Positions 40,079-50,371 of a stretch of 64,000 bases of DNA are shown one piece after another (positions within the stretch are counted from its first letter, which is position 1; each line of letters starts with the position of its first letter). This DNA comes from Alphaproteobacteria bacterium. Its GTDB lineage: Bacteria > Pseudomonadota > Alphaproteobacteria > Rs-D84 > SZUA-605. The position numbers and the translations under genes were made by a program. The notes under the pieces were generated by a model. It was given only the letters and a program-made list of their open reading frames with translations, did not search any database and was not told where the DNA came from. The stretch lies in contig JAVBPW010000001.1 of the NCBI GenBank assembly GCA_031549385.1, positions 352,001 through 416,000 of the forward strand, in the 5' to 3' direction.

Positions 40079-40630
40079 TTATTTCCCTTTTAAACCTAGC
40101 TGATAAATTTTTTCTAACATTTTTAATCTTTTTTCTTGGCTTACAAATTGTACACTGTAAAGAGGTGTTCTTTTTGCCTTAAATCCACAAAATTTAAAAA
40201 TATGTCTGTTTAAACATTTCCATGTTACAAAGCCTGTTATTAATTGGTAAATCCAAGGTCCATTTAATGTATAAATAAAACGTACAGTTTTACCTTTCAT
40301 TAATTTTGCTGGAATCATTCCTTTTCCATATTTGAAAAATACTCCGTGAACTATTGTTTTGTCTATCCAACCTTTGAATAAAGCAGGAACTGTGCCCCAC
40401 CAAATAGGACTTTCAATTACTATATGGTCAGCCCATAAAAACCATTTTTGATGTTCTTGTATGACTGGTTCAACCATCATGTTGCTGTTTGCAAGTGGGT
40501 CGAATTTTGTATCACGTAAAACTATTTTATTTACTTTGTTTTCTTTTTTTGCACCTTTTTCATAAGCTTCTATTAAGGCTTGTCCGAATGAGCCATGGAA
40601 TGGGTGGGTGTCTATAATCAGTATATTCAT
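40079..40630 (-). CDS. NAD(P)H-dependent oxidoreductase, flavodoxin-2 family
   Basis: HP..GSF, WADHIV..PIWWGTVPALFKGWID. Confidence 0.9.
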   Translation of the reverse strand: MNILIIDTHPFHGSFGQALIEAYEKGAKKENKVNKIVLRDTKFDPLANSNMMVEPVIQEHQKWFLWADHIVIESPIWWGTVPALFKGWIDKTIVHGVFFKYGKGMIPAKLMKGKTVRFIYTLNGPWIYQLITGFVTWKCLNRHIFKFCGFKAKRTPLYSVQFVSQEKRLKMLEKIYQLGLKGK

Positions 40631-40650
40631 AATTTATCTCCTTGGGGGTA

Positions 40651-40766
40651 CGTTGAATTTTGGTTACGATTCAAAAGGATTTAAAATTTAAAGACGCATC
40701 ACGTAGCCATATGTACGCTCAGGTCTTAAAATTTTAAATACTTTCGTTCTCACTCAAAATTGAACG
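40651..40766 (+). repeat. Palindromic element copy D (RPE-like)
   Basis: CGTTGAATTTTG...CAAAATTGAACG ends; core CGCATCACGTAGCCATATGTACGCTCA. Confidence 0.7.
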
Positions 40767-40902
40767 ACCAATGATTTAATATCATTTTAATTATATCAAA
40801 TTTTTGAATCCTTTACAATATGACAATATTCTCTTAAAAAAGATTGCAAAATTGTTATTTTTTTTCTATTATTGACCTTTGAATAAAAAAAGGAAAAAGA
40901 CT

Positions 40903-43900
40903 ATGGCATATCCAAAAACTAATGTATCTGTAAACTTTGTAGAAATAGAAAAAAATATCCAAAAATTTTGGGAAGATAATAAGATTTTTATGAAGTCAAT
41001 TGATATTAGAAATGGAGCAGAGGATTTTGTGTTCTTTGATGGACCTCCTACTGGTAATGGTTTGCCTCATTATGGACATTTGGCAGTGTCTGCTATGAAA
41101 GATTGCGTTTGTCGTTATAAGACTATGCAAGGGTACCGAGTTATTAGAAATTTTGGTTGGGATTGTCATGGACTTCCTGTTGAAATAGAAGTTTGTAAAG
41201 AACGTGGACTTGCTGATAGAGATGCTATTTTATCTTATGGTATAGAAAAGTTTAACGGCGAATGTAAAAAAGATGTTATGAAATATCGTTCTATTTGGGT
41301 TGATACTTTAAATAGAGTTGGCAGATGGGGTAACTTTGATGCTGAATATAAGACTATGGATTTTTCTTATATGGAATCTGTTATGTGGGCTATTTCTGAG
41401 CTTTATAAAAATGATTTACTTTATCAAGGTTATAAAGTTATGGCTTATTCTTATGGAGCTGAAACATCACTTTCTAATTCAGAAGCTAAGATGGAATATA
41501 AGGATAAAGTTGATCCTGCTATTACTGTTGCTTTTAAATTAAAAGATGATTTCTTAAGTAAGGAAACTCATGTTCTTGTTTGGACTACTACACCTTGGAC
41601 ACTTTGCACTAATTTAGCTTTGGTTGTTGGAAAGGATATTGATTATTCTGTTATGGAAGAAGATGGAACACAATATATTCTTGCTTCTGCTTTGGTTGCT
41701 AATTATAAAAAACAATTAGAAAATGCTACTCTTGTTAAAACTATTAAAGGTTCGGATTTATTAGGTAAAGAATATGTGCCTATGTTTGATTATTATGCTC
41801 ATCTTGAATTTAATAACGCTTTTAAAATCTATGATGCTGATTTTGTTTCAATAACTGATGGAACTGGAATTGTGCATATGGCTCCTTATGGAGAAGATGA
41901 CTTTGAAGTTTTAAAGAAAAATAGTATTCCTGTTGTTTCTCCAGTTGACGGAAAAGGTTTGTTTAATTCAGAAGTTAAAGATTATGCTGGTATGCTTGTT
42001 TTTGATGCATCAGAAAAAATTATTCAAGATTTAAAAGAAAGAGGAGTGTTGATAAAAAAAGAAAACTATACTCACTCTTATCCTTATTGTTGGAGAACTA
42101 AAACTCCACTTATTTATAGACCTATGGAATCTTGGTTTGTGAATGTGGAAAAAATAAAACAAAATATTATTGATGAAAACAAAGAAATAACTTGGGTGCC
42201 TGAACATCTTCGTGATGGACGTTTTGGTAAATGGTTAGAGGGTGCTAAAGATTGGGGTATTTCAAGAAATCGTTTTTGGGGATGTCCGCTTCCTATTTGG
42301 GTAAGTGATAATCCTGATTTCAAAAGAATTGATGTTTTTGGATCATACGAAGAAATTGAAAAAGTTTCTGGTCAAAAAATTAGTGATCCACATAAACCTT
42401 TTATAGATGAAATTACTTATAAAAATCCTGATGATCCTTCTGGAAAAACTTTGATGAAGAGAATTCCTGATGTTTTGGATTGTTGGTTTGAAAGTGGAGC
42501 TATGCCTTTTGCTGCTCTTCATTATCCGTTCGAAAACAAAGAATTGTTTGAGGAAAGATTCCCTGCTGACTTTATTGTCGAAGGACAAGACCAAACACGT
42601 GGATGGTTTTATACTTTGATGGTGCTTGCTGTTGCATTATTTGGAAAGAAAGCATTTAAGGTTTGTATGGTTAATGGATTGGTTTTAAATGTTGAAAAGA
42701 AAAAACTTTCTAAATCAGAAAAGAATTATGTTTCACCTGATGTATTATTTGAAAGTTTAGGGGCTGAAGCTTTTAGATGGTATATGCTTAGTTCACCTTT
42801 GTTTAAAGCTGAATCTGTGGCATTTGATGAAAAGTTAACTGCTAAGGCTATGAGAGATGCTTTGATACCTTTATGGAATAGCTATCACTTCTTTACACTT
42901 TATGCTAATGCTGATAATGTTGATGCAAAAGAAATTGTAACTTCTTCAAATGTACTTGATAGATATATTTTAGCAAAACTTAAAAAATTGTCTGTTGATG
43001 TTAAATCTAATATAGATAATTGGTCAGTTGATAAAGCATGTGTTAAAATTGTTGATTTCTTAGACGTTTTAAATAATTGGTATATCAGACGTTCTCGTGA
43101 TAGATTCTGGGGGACTGGAATAACTAAAGAAATGTCAATGGAGGCGTTTAATACTCTTTACACTGTACTTGTTAATGTGTGTAAAACTATTGCTCCTATT
43201 ATGCCTCATGTGTCAGAATTTATTTATAAAAATTTAACTAATGAAGAAAGTGTGCATTTAGTTTTATGGCCAGATTTATCAACAATAGCTGATGAAGATG
43301 ATTTGATTAAGGCTATGGATCAAGTGCAAGATGTTTGCAGATGTGGTAAATTTATACGTGAAGAAGAAAGTTTGCGTAACAGATTGCCTCTTGCTTCTGC
43401 TACTGTGGTTGGAATCGAATTGGAAGATTATTCTGATGTTATTGCTGATGAGTTAAATGTTAAAAAAGTTATATTCGATAAAAATCTTCCTCAGTATGCT
43501 GATAAGTTTTTGTATTTGATTACTCCTAAGATTGGGGAACGCTTAGGTGGAGCTTTAAAAGATATTATTCCTGCTTCTAAAAAAAGTGAATATAAACTTG
43601 CTAATGGAAAGTGTATTGTTGCTGGGTTTGAATTGAATAATGATGAATTCGAAGAAAGACTTGTTTTGAAAAATGGAGTGCATGGAAAAGCATTATCTGA
43701 TAACAGTGCTGTTGTTATGCTTGATTTAGTTGTTACTCCTGAATTGAAAAAAGAAGGAATGGTTCGTGATTTTGTTAGAGCTGTTGCTGATGAAAGAAAA
43801 GAAATAGGTTTGGAAGTTACTGACAGAATTAAGCTTTATTATGAAACAGATAATAACGAAGTTATAGATGCTTTTAATACTTATTCAGGATATATAAAAG

Positions 43901-43998
43901 AACAAGTTCTTGCAGAAGTTTTTGAGAAAAATAAGATGGCTAAAAAAGAAGTTTTATTAGGAGATGTTAAAATATATTTATATTTAACTAAAAATTAG
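40903..43998 (+). CDS. ileS: Isoleucine--tRNA ligase, type 2
   Basis: DGPP..NGLPHYGH, GWDCHGLP, WTTTPWTL, SRNRFWG, KLSKS; type-2 C-terminal domain. Confidence 0.97.
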   Translation: MAYPKTNVSVNFVEIEKNIQKFWEDNKIFMKSIDIRNGAEDFVFFDGPPTGNGLPHYGHLAVSAMKDCVCRYKTMQGYRVIRNFGWDCHGLPVEIEVCKERGLADRDAILSYGIEKFNGECKKDVMKYRSIWVDTLNRVGRWGNFDAEYKTMDFSYMESVMWAISELYKNDLLYQGYKVMAYSYGAETSLSNSEAKMEYKDKVDPAITVAFKLKDDFLSKETHVLVWTTTPWTLCTNLALVVGKDIDYSVMEEDGTQYILASALVANYKKQLENATLVKTIKGSDLLGKEYVPMFDYYAHLEFNNAFKIYDADFVSITDGTGIVHMAPYGEDDFEVLKKNSIPVVSPVDGKGLFNSEVKDYAGMLVFDASEKIIQDLKERGVLIKKENYTHSYPYCWRTKTPLIYRPMESWFVNVEKIKQNIIDENKEITWVPEHLRDGRFGKWLEGAKDWGISRNRFWGCPLPIWVSDNPDFKRIDVFGSYEEIEKVSGQKISDPHKPFIDEITYKNPDDPSGKTLMKRIPDVLDCWFESGAMPFAALHYPFENKELFEERFPADFIVEGQDQTRGWFYTLMVLAVALFGKKAFKVCMVNGLVLNVEKKKLSKSEKNYVSPDVLFESLGAEAFRWYMLSSPLFKAESVAFDEKLTAKAMRDALIPLWNSYHFFTLYANADNVDAKEIVTSSNVLDRYILAKLKKLSVDVKSNIDNWSVDKACVKIVDFLDVLNNWYIRRSRDRFWGTGITKEMSMEAFNTLYTVLVNVCKTIAPIMPHVSEFIYKNLTNEESVHLVLWPDLSTIADEDDLIKAMDQVQDVCRCGKFIREEESLRNRLPLASATVVGIELEDYSDVIADELNVKKVIFDKNLPQYADKFLYLITPKIGERLGGALKDIIPASKKSEYKLANGKCIVAGFELNNDEFEERLVLKNGVHGKALSDNSAVVMLDLVVTPELKKEGMVRDFVRAVADERKEIGLEVTDRIKLYYETDNNEVIDAFNTYSGYIKEQVLAEVFEKNKMAKKEVLLGDVKIYLYLTKN

Positions 43999-44079
43999 TA
44001 ATTTACCTGATAAAAAACCTCTTGTGTTGATGTTAAAATTATGGTATATTTAATACATCAATAAAAAGAGAGGAAAATT

Positions 44080-44577
44080 ATGATAAAAGTTTCTTACGTT
44101 ATTTTAGCATCTGTTTTGCTAGTATCTGGCTTTGCAGAAGCACAAAGAACAAATGATGGTACAGCTTCACGTGCTGGAGTTAGCCGTTTAAATACTGGTG
44201 TTGCAAAACCTGCAGCGTCATCTGAAATCAGACCTGCTATTGCTAAACCGACTGTTGCTACTGCAGTGAAACCTGTGGAAGCTCAAAAAGTTACTGAAAT
44301 TGTAGAACCTGTTAAAACTACTGCTATTATAGAAGATACAGAATTAATCAAAAAGAAACAGGAAGAGTTGGCTAATAAGCAAGCTTTGAAAGAACAATTA
44401 GAACTTGAAATCTCTCAAATAGAATCTGAACAAAAACGTTGCGATAAGCAAAAGAAGAACTGGACTATTGCAACAGTTGCTGGGTCTGTGGGAACAGTTG
44501 CTGGTACTGTGGGTGCTGTTATTCAAGGTAAAGACTTAAAAGAAAAGAAAGAAACACTTAACGAGTTAAAGAATTAA
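44080..44577 (+). CDS. Secreted coiled-coil protein with Gly-rich hydrophobic helix, paralog 1
   Basis: Signal peptide, C-x6-WTIATVAGSVGTVAGTVGAVIQG. Confidence 0.8.
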   Translation: MIKVSYVILASVLLVSGFAEAQRTNDGTASRAGVSRLNTGVAKPAASSEIRPAIAKPTVATAVKPVEAQKVTEIVEPVKTTAIIEDTELIKKKQEELANKQALKEQLELEISQIESEQKRCDKQKKNWTIATVAGSVGTVAGTVGAVIQGKDLKEKKETLNELKN

Positions 44578-44589
44578 AGGAATTTGAAC

Positions 44590-45873
44590 ATGAAAAAAAG
44601 TATATTAATTTTATCAGGCTTGTTGGTTTCACTTAATGCATATGCGCAACAATCAACTAAACCTACTGGACTTGTTTTAGAAAAACCAGTTGCACCAACT
44701 GCTTCTGGAGTTTCTGCTGTATCAATAAATAGTGAAATTGAACTTGATAATGCAATATTAAAATTAGATAAAGAAATTAAAACACTTTCTGAAACTCGTC
44801 AAAAGAAAGAAGATGAACTTGATAAGTGTTCTAAATCAGTTAAAGGATTTAAAGTTGCTGGTATTTCCACTTTGTCTGCTACTGGTGTGCTTGCAGGTGT
44901 TAATATTTACCAAGGTGTTCAACAAGGTAAATTGAAAGATGAAATTAGAGATGCTTCTGTTATTAAAGCAGAAAGAGAAAAATTAGTTCAAATTATTAAA
45001 ACTATTCAATCTACAAGAACAATTACTATGGATCAAATGAGAACTTTGAGAAGTAATTTGGATAAGTTAACAGAACAAGATAAAGCAGATCTTAGAACTG
45101 CTTTAACAGGAAGTAAGATTACTGTTAATTCTGAACGAGAAAAATCAGAAATGGAAGATTTCTTAAAGATGTTAGATGTTGCTGGTTATACAGTTAATGT
45201 TAATCCATTTGTTACAGTTGGTGGACATTGTGTTACTCCTGTAGAAATTTTACAATTTTCTAATCAAATTCAATATTTAGATACACCAGAAAAGTGCTGT
45301 GGAGAACATTTAGTTTGGAATGATGGTAATAATCCAGAAACTAGAAATACAAAAAATATAAGACCTTATCCAAGATGTGAATTAGATAAAGCTGGATTAG
45401 AAAAAGTTCTTGAGTTTGTTTGTAAAAATAATTTAAGATACCATAATACATACGATAATATTTATAATTATACAAAAGAAGCCCAAGATTTATTTGAAGA
45501 AGCTTCAGGTAAAAAAGGAACTTCAGAAAAAGAATCTCTAGCAAAGATGAAAGCTTATTGCAAGAAACTTAATTTCAATAATGATTATAAATTTATAAAT
45601 ACAATAGAAGAAGTAAAAAAAGTTGATAATACTTTTGCAACTTTTACAGAAAAATATAATGCTATGAAAGATAAATCAGAATTAGTGTTTGGTGATATTC
45701 AGTTTTTAATGTGGAATAAAGATTATGTTAAAAATGCTAAAGATAATGCTGTTAGAACAAGTTTAAAAGGTAAAAAAGTTGTTTTAACTGATAATGAAAA
45801 AAAACAAGCTGACCCTTGGATTAAAGAGTTAGAACTTGAATTAACAATTGAGGTTAAGGAATCTAAGAAATAA
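44590..45873 (+). CDS. Secreted coiled-coil protein with Gly-rich hydrophobic helix, paralog 2
   Basis: Signal peptide AYAQ, CSKSVKGFKVAGISTLSATGVLAGVNIYQGV. Confidence 0.8.
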   Translation: MKKSILILSGLLVSLNAYAQQSTKPTGLVLEKPVAPTASGVSAVSINSEIELDNAILKLDKEIKTLSETRQKKEDELDKCSKSVKGFKVAGISTLSATGVLAGVNIYQGVQQGKLKDEIRDASVIKAEREKLVQIIKTIQSTRTITMDQMRTLRSNLDKLTEQDKADLRTALTGSKITVNSEREKSEMEDFLKMLDVAGYTVNVNPFVTVGGHCVTPVEILQFSNQIQYLDTPEKCCGEHLVWNDGNNPETRNTKNIRPYPRCELDKAGLEKVLEFVCKNNLRYHNTYDNIYNYTKEAQDLFEEASGKKGTSEKESLAKMKAYCKKLNFNNDYKFINTIEEVKKVDNTFATFTEKYNAMKDKSELVFGDIQFLMWNKDYVKNAKDNAVRTSLKGKKVVLTDNEKKQADPWIKELELELTIEVKESKK

Positions 45874-45931
45874 TATCAATAAAAAATAAGGGGGGCTTGA
45901 GAAAGCCCTCTTTTTATTGTATAATATCTTT

Positions 45932-46726
45932 ATGAAAATTTTATTAGCACTATTATTGTTTTTTTCTTTTAATGGGTTTGCTCAGTCTGTTGATGCTCAG
46001 CTTTTATCTGTTAATGAAAAAATTGAAGAATTGATAAAAATAAAAGATAAAAAATTAATTGAACTTAATAAATGTGCTAGGTCTGTAAAAGGTTTTAAGG
46101 TTGCAGGGATTACTACTTTAACTGCGACTGGTGCTTTGGCAGGGGTTAATGTTTATCAAGGGGTTGAACAAATTAAAACTCAGAATGCTATTAATGATGA
46201 AAAGAGTAGATTAGAAGCTTTAAAACAAGATGAAATAAAGATTATTATTGTTCCAGGGGAAACTACTGATAGTTTAGTAAAAGATAAAAATAAAACAGAA
46301 GAAGAACTTAGAGAGCGTATTAAGAATATGACTCCTGAAGAACGACAAAAATATATAGATAGTCAATACTGGCAAAATACTTCAGAAAAAGATATGTATG
46401 AAGCAGGTGTTGCTTATTTGGAAAAAGGTCAAAATCAAACTGCTATTGAAAGATTTAATAAGGCTTTAGAAATGAATCCTAATAATCCTTTTTCTTACTA
46501 TGGAAGAGGGGCTGCAGAATATCATATAGGAAAATTAAATGAAGCTAAAGCTGATATAGAAAAATCGCTTGAACTTTGGGTGTTGGATGTAAAATTACCT
46601 TTTCATGATTTGAATGTAATATGTTTTAAATGTAGTGCTAAATATGATGAGGTTAAAAAGGTTTGCTACCGAACAGCTTCTGATGGAAAGCGAGCTGATT
46701 TGACTGATTTAAATAAATGTAAATAA
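45932..46726 (+). CDS. Secreted Gly-rich-helix protein with TPR repeats, paralog 3
   Basis: CARSVKGFKVAGITTLTATGALAGVNVYQGV; TPRs (AIERFNKALEMNP...YYGRG); likely leaderless (TATAAT 6 nt before ATG). Confidence 0.8.
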   Translation: MKILLALLLFFSFNGFAQSVDAQLLSVNEKIEELIKIKDKKLIELNKCARSVKGFKVAGITTLTATGALAGVNVYQGVEQIKTQNAINDEKSRLEALKQDEIKIIIVPGETTDSLVKDKNKTEEELRERIKNMTPEERQKYIDSQYWQNTSEKDMYEAGVAYLEKGQNQTAIERFNKALEMNPNNPFSYYGRGAAEYHIGKLNEAKADIEKSLELWVLDVKLPFHDLNVICFKCSAKYDEVKKVCYRTASDGKRADLTDLNKCK

Positions 46727-46750
46727 AAATAGCCCCATAAGGGGCTTTTT

Positions 46751-47587
46751 TTAAAACTTCACTGGAATATTTTTTGCAACTGAGTCAATCAGTTTCAGTT
46801 TTTCCAGTAATGACTTCATGTCTTCCAACCTGATGGAGTTTGGTCCGTCAGATGGAGCATTGTCAGGATCGTCATGCGTTTCAAGGAACACACCCGCCAT
46901 TATTCCTGTAGAAAGCGCGGCACGAGCTAATACTTCCACATGGTCTCTGTTTCCTCCTGTAGTTGCACCTGCACTGCCCGGTTGTTGGACTGCATGAGTT
47001 GCATCAATAATCAGAGGGTAACCAGCGTGACCCATTATGGGAAAGCCTGTTATGTCTACCACCAAACCGCCGAAGCCAAATGTAGTTCCCCGTTCAGTGA
47101 ACATAATATTATCGTTCCCTGTTGAGGCTGCTTTTGCAGCTAAGTTTTGCATCATTTGAGGGCCTAAAAATTGACCCTTTTTGATGTTAACAACTTTTCC
47201 GGTTTCTGCAGCTGCAATCACCAAATCGGTTTGGCGACAAAGAAACGACGGGATTTGCAGAATATCTGCTACCTGCGCTGCCTTTTCACACTGAATTGTC
47301 TCATGCACATCGGTGATTATGGGAAGATTTAATTCTTCCTTAATCCCTTTAAGGATACGTAATCCTTCTTTCATGCCTACACCTCTTTTTGAGGTGAGGG
47401 AAAGCCGGTTTGCTTTGTCGTATGATGATTTGAATATAAGGTTTATATTCAAATCTGTGCAGACTTTTTTTAGGTGTTCTGCTATCATAAAGCAATGAGC
47501 TTCACTTTCAATCTGGCAAGGGCCAGCAATCAATGTGAATGGCAGGTTATTTGCCATTAAGAAGTTTTTTATTTTAATTGTTTTCAT
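46751..47587 (-). CDS. kdsA: KDO8P synthase (cassette-type leader)
   Basis: IAGPCQIES, KSSYDKANR, FLCRQTD, KKGQF, DATHAVQ, SDGPN. Confidence 0.97.
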   Translation of the reverse strand: MKTIKIKNFLMANNLPFTLIAGPCQIESEAHCFMIAEHLKKVCTDLNINLIFKSSYDKANRLSLTSKRGVGMKEGLRILKGIKEELNLPIITDVHETIQCEKAAQVADILQIPSFLCRQTDLVIAAAETGKVVNIKKGQFLGPQMMQNLAAKAASTGNDNIMFTERGTTFGFGGLVVDITGFPIMGHAGYPLIIDATHAVQQPGSAGATTGGNRDHVEVLARAALSTGIMAGVFLETHDDPDNAPSDGPNSIRLEDMKSLLEKLKLIDSVAKNIPVKF

Positions 47588-47732
47588 GTTTATGTTTAAT
47601 TTTTAAGTTTATGGCTTTAATATAGTGGAAAAATTATTATTTGTCAATATTTTACAAAAATATATTATAATATGAATAAAGTAAAAAAATAACTCTATTT
47701 TCATAGAGTTATAATCTATTATAGATTAAATA

Positions 47733-49211
47733 TTACTTTTCTTCCTTTTTCTTTTCTGGTTTTAAAGTTGGAAAGGCAATAATATCACGTATGTTTTGAT
47801 TGTTTGTTAGGAACATTATCAATCTGTCTATTCCTATTCCCATTCCGCCTGTTGGAGGCATACCATATTCAAGAGCTGTGATGAAATCTTCATCCAAATC
47901 CTCAGCTTCATCGTTTCCTGCTTTGGATTGTCTTACTTGGTCTTCCATACGTTCTCTTTGATCCCTTGGATCTGTTAATTCAGTGTATGCATTTGATACT
48001 TCTTTTCCATTTATTCTTGTTTCAAAGCGTTCTACTAAACGAGGATGTAGGCGATGCTCTTTTGTTAATGGTGAAATGTCTTTTGGATAGTCTATTACAT
48101 GAATTGGTTGGATTAGTTTTGGTTCTACTAATTCAAAAATTGCTTCAATTATTTGACCCCAATTCTTTCCTTCTTCTACAAAAACTTCTAATTCATCTGC
48201 TATTTTTCTTACATCTTGGACAGTTGAATCTAATGAAATATCTCTGCCTAAATATTCTTTTATTAATTCAAACATTGTTGCGCGTCGAAAAGGTGGTTTG
48301 AAATTAATTAAATTTTCACCAACTTGAACTTCATATGTGCCATTGAATTTTAGACATAGATGGCCTATTAAATCTTCAAGTAATTTCATCATGTCATTAT
48401 AGTCTGCATATTGTTCGTATAATTCCATCATTGTGAATTCTGGATTGTGTGTTAGGTCTATACCTTCGTTTCTAAACATTTTTCCAATTTCGAAAATCTT
48501 TTCATATCCACCTATGATTAATCTTTTTAAATATAATTCTGGAGCAATACGCAAAAACATATCCATATCAAGAGTGTTGTGATGTGTTATAAATGGTCTT
48601 GCTGCTGCACCTGTTTTTGTTGTTTGTAGGATTGGTGTTTCTACTTCTATGAATCCAAGATTAATTAAAAAATTTCTTATTTCTTGAATCATTAAAAAAC
48701 GAGTCATAAGAGTATCTCTTGTTTCTTTATTTGAAATCATATCTAAATATCTTTGGCGATATTTTACTTCGTGATCTACTAGCCCATGGAATTTTTCAGG
48801 TGGTGGTAATAAATTCTTTGAAAGCATTGTTATAGCTTTTGTACGTACTGTTAATTCACCAGCTTTTGTTTTAGAAATGATACCTTCTACTCCAACTATA
48901 TCACCCACTGAAATAGATTTTAGTATCTTTTGGTTTAATTCGTCTAAATCATTTTTGTATGAAAATATTTGTATCTTTCCTGTTTGGTCTTGCATGTCCA
49001 TGAACATGCCAGAATTACGATATGCATAAACACGGCCTGCTACTTTTACTACATCAGTTGTTGTTTCTTCTGGTTGTAAATTTTTATATTTTTCTTGCAA
49101 ATCACCGGCTTTTGCTGATGGTTTGAAGATATGTGGGTAGGCATTAATATTTAATTCTTCTAGTTGTGCTAGCTTTTCTAATCTTGAATCTCTTTGTGGG
49201 TTTTGGCTCAT
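47733..49211 (-). CDS. lysS: Lysine--tRNA ligase, class II
   Basis: YRQRYLD, LRIAPELYLKRL, FRNEG, HNPEF, YGMPPTGG.GIGIDRL. Confidence 0.98.
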   Translation of the reverse strand: MSQNPQRDSRLEKLAQLEELNINAYPHIFKPSAKAGDLQEKYKNLQPEETTTDVVKVAGRVYAYRNSGMFMDMQDQTGKIQIFSYKNDLDELNQKILKSISVGDIVGVEGIISKTKAGELTVRTKAITMLSKNLLPPPEKFHGLVDHEVKYRQRYLDMISNKETRDTLMTRFLMIQEIRNFLINLGFIEVETPILQTTKTGAAARPFITHHNTLDMDMFLRIAPELYLKRLIIGGYEKIFEIGKMFRNEGIDLTHNPEFTMMELYEQYADYNDMMKLLEDLIGHLCLKFNGTYEVQVGENLINFKPPFRRATMFELIKEYLGRDISLDSTVQDVRKIADELEVFVEEGKNWGQIIEAIFELVEPKLIQPIHVIDYPKDISPLTKEHRLHPRLVERFETRINGKEVSNAYTELTDPRDQRERMEDQVRQSKAGNDEAEDLDEDFITALEYGMPPTGGMGIGIDRLIMFLTNNQNIRDIIAFPTLKPEKKKEEK

Positions 49212-49318
49212 TTTTTTCTCCGTTAACTTTTTCTTTTCTATTATATTTGAGGCAATTTAAAATACAATAAAAAAAGCCCATGAAGGGCTTTCTTTTATTT
49301 ATCTTAAAAGCCCTGAAA

Positions 49319-49582
49319 TTATTTCATAGATTTTAATTTAGCTGCCATTCTTGCTGTCTTTCTTGACGCAGTATTCTTTTTTACTAAACTCTTTGAAGAA
49401 CCTTTTGCAAGTTGACTTTGTGCTTCATTAAAAGCAGATGACGCTTCTTCTTTATTTCCTGAAGTGAAAGCTGTTTCAAACTTTTTAACAAAAGTTCTTA
49501 ATGCTGAAATAACACTTTTGTTTGATTGTCTTTTAGCTTCATTTCTTGTTATTCTTTTTTTTGCAGATTTATGATTTGCCAT
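49319..49582 (-). CDS. rpsT: 30S ribosomal protein S20
   Basis: MANHKSAKKR, KNTASRK. Confidence 0.97.
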   Translation of the reverse strand: MANHKSAKKRITRNEAKRQSNKSVISALRTFVKKFETAFTSGNKEEASSAFNEAQSQLAKGSSKSLVKKNTASRKTARMAAKLKSMK

Positions 49583-49594
49583 AATTAACTCCTA

Positions 49595-50242
49595 TTATTT
49601 CTTTGGTTTTGCTGCTTTTGCTGCGGCTGCTGGTGCAGATGATGCTGCAGGAGCTGCTTTTTCTTCTTCCATTCTTGAAACACGTGATGGGAGTAAGTTT
49701 GCAATTGTATAGTTTATTTTTGTGTCATATAACTTTGCACCTTCTGGAAGATTTAGGTCAAATAATTTTACAGCACTGTTTGCTGCAAGTGGAGCTAAAT
49801 CAACTATGATTTGATTTACTATTTTATCAGCATCACATAATAATTTTACAGCACGGATAATTACATTTAATGTTCCACCTTGTTTTAAAGCTGTGTTCTT
49901 ATCACGATTTTCAAAAATAACTGGAACAGAAACTTTTACTTTCTTGTCTTTTGAAATTCTTAAAAAATCTATATGTAATGGAGTATCTTTTACTGGGTGA
50001 AATTGTACGTTTTGGCAAATACATGTTTCTTTTTTGCCGTCGCAGTCAATTTCGAAAACTCTAGTTTTGAAACCAGGTTTTGTTAATTCCATCATTAATG
50101 TTTTTGGATCTGTATTGATTAATACAGGATTTGCATTGTTTCCATAAATTACGCCGGGTACAAGGTCTGATCTTCTTGCAGCTCTTGCGGCCCCCTTACC
50201 AGCTTCTTTACGGACTTGCACTTTTAAGTTTGTTTTATTCAT
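49595..50242 (-). CDS. rplY: 50S ribosomal protein L25/Ctc
   Basis: GKGAARAARR, VPGVIYG, QFHPV, HIDFL; ATG 50242 with AAGGA. Confidence 0.95.
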   Translation of the reverse strand: MNKTNLKVQVRKEAGKGAARAARRSDLVPGVIYGNNANPVLINTDPKTLMMELTKPGFKTRVFEIDCDGKKETCICQNVQFHPVKDTPLHIDFLRISKDKKVKVSVPVIFENRDKNTALKQGGTLNVIIRAVKLLCDADKIVNQIIVDLAPLAANSAVKLFDLNLPEGAKLYDTKINYTIANLLPSRVSRMEEEKAAPAASSAPAAAAKAAKPKK

Positions 50243-50265
50243 TGCTTTGTCCTTTTTTGTTATTA

Positions 50266-50289
50266 CGAGTGCCTCCAAGGGTGTCACTC
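50266..50289 (-). promoter_or_regulatory. rplY leader hairpin
   Basis: Minus strand GAGTGACACCCTTGGAGGCACTC, resembles the conserved alphaproteobacterial L25 leader (from memory). Confidence 0.55.
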
Positions 50290-50371
50290 AGGAGTGAGAT
50301 TATGAAGTAGATTTTACTTAAAGTCAAGAAATATCTTGAATTTTTTTACAATTTGCAGTAATGTTAGCCCT

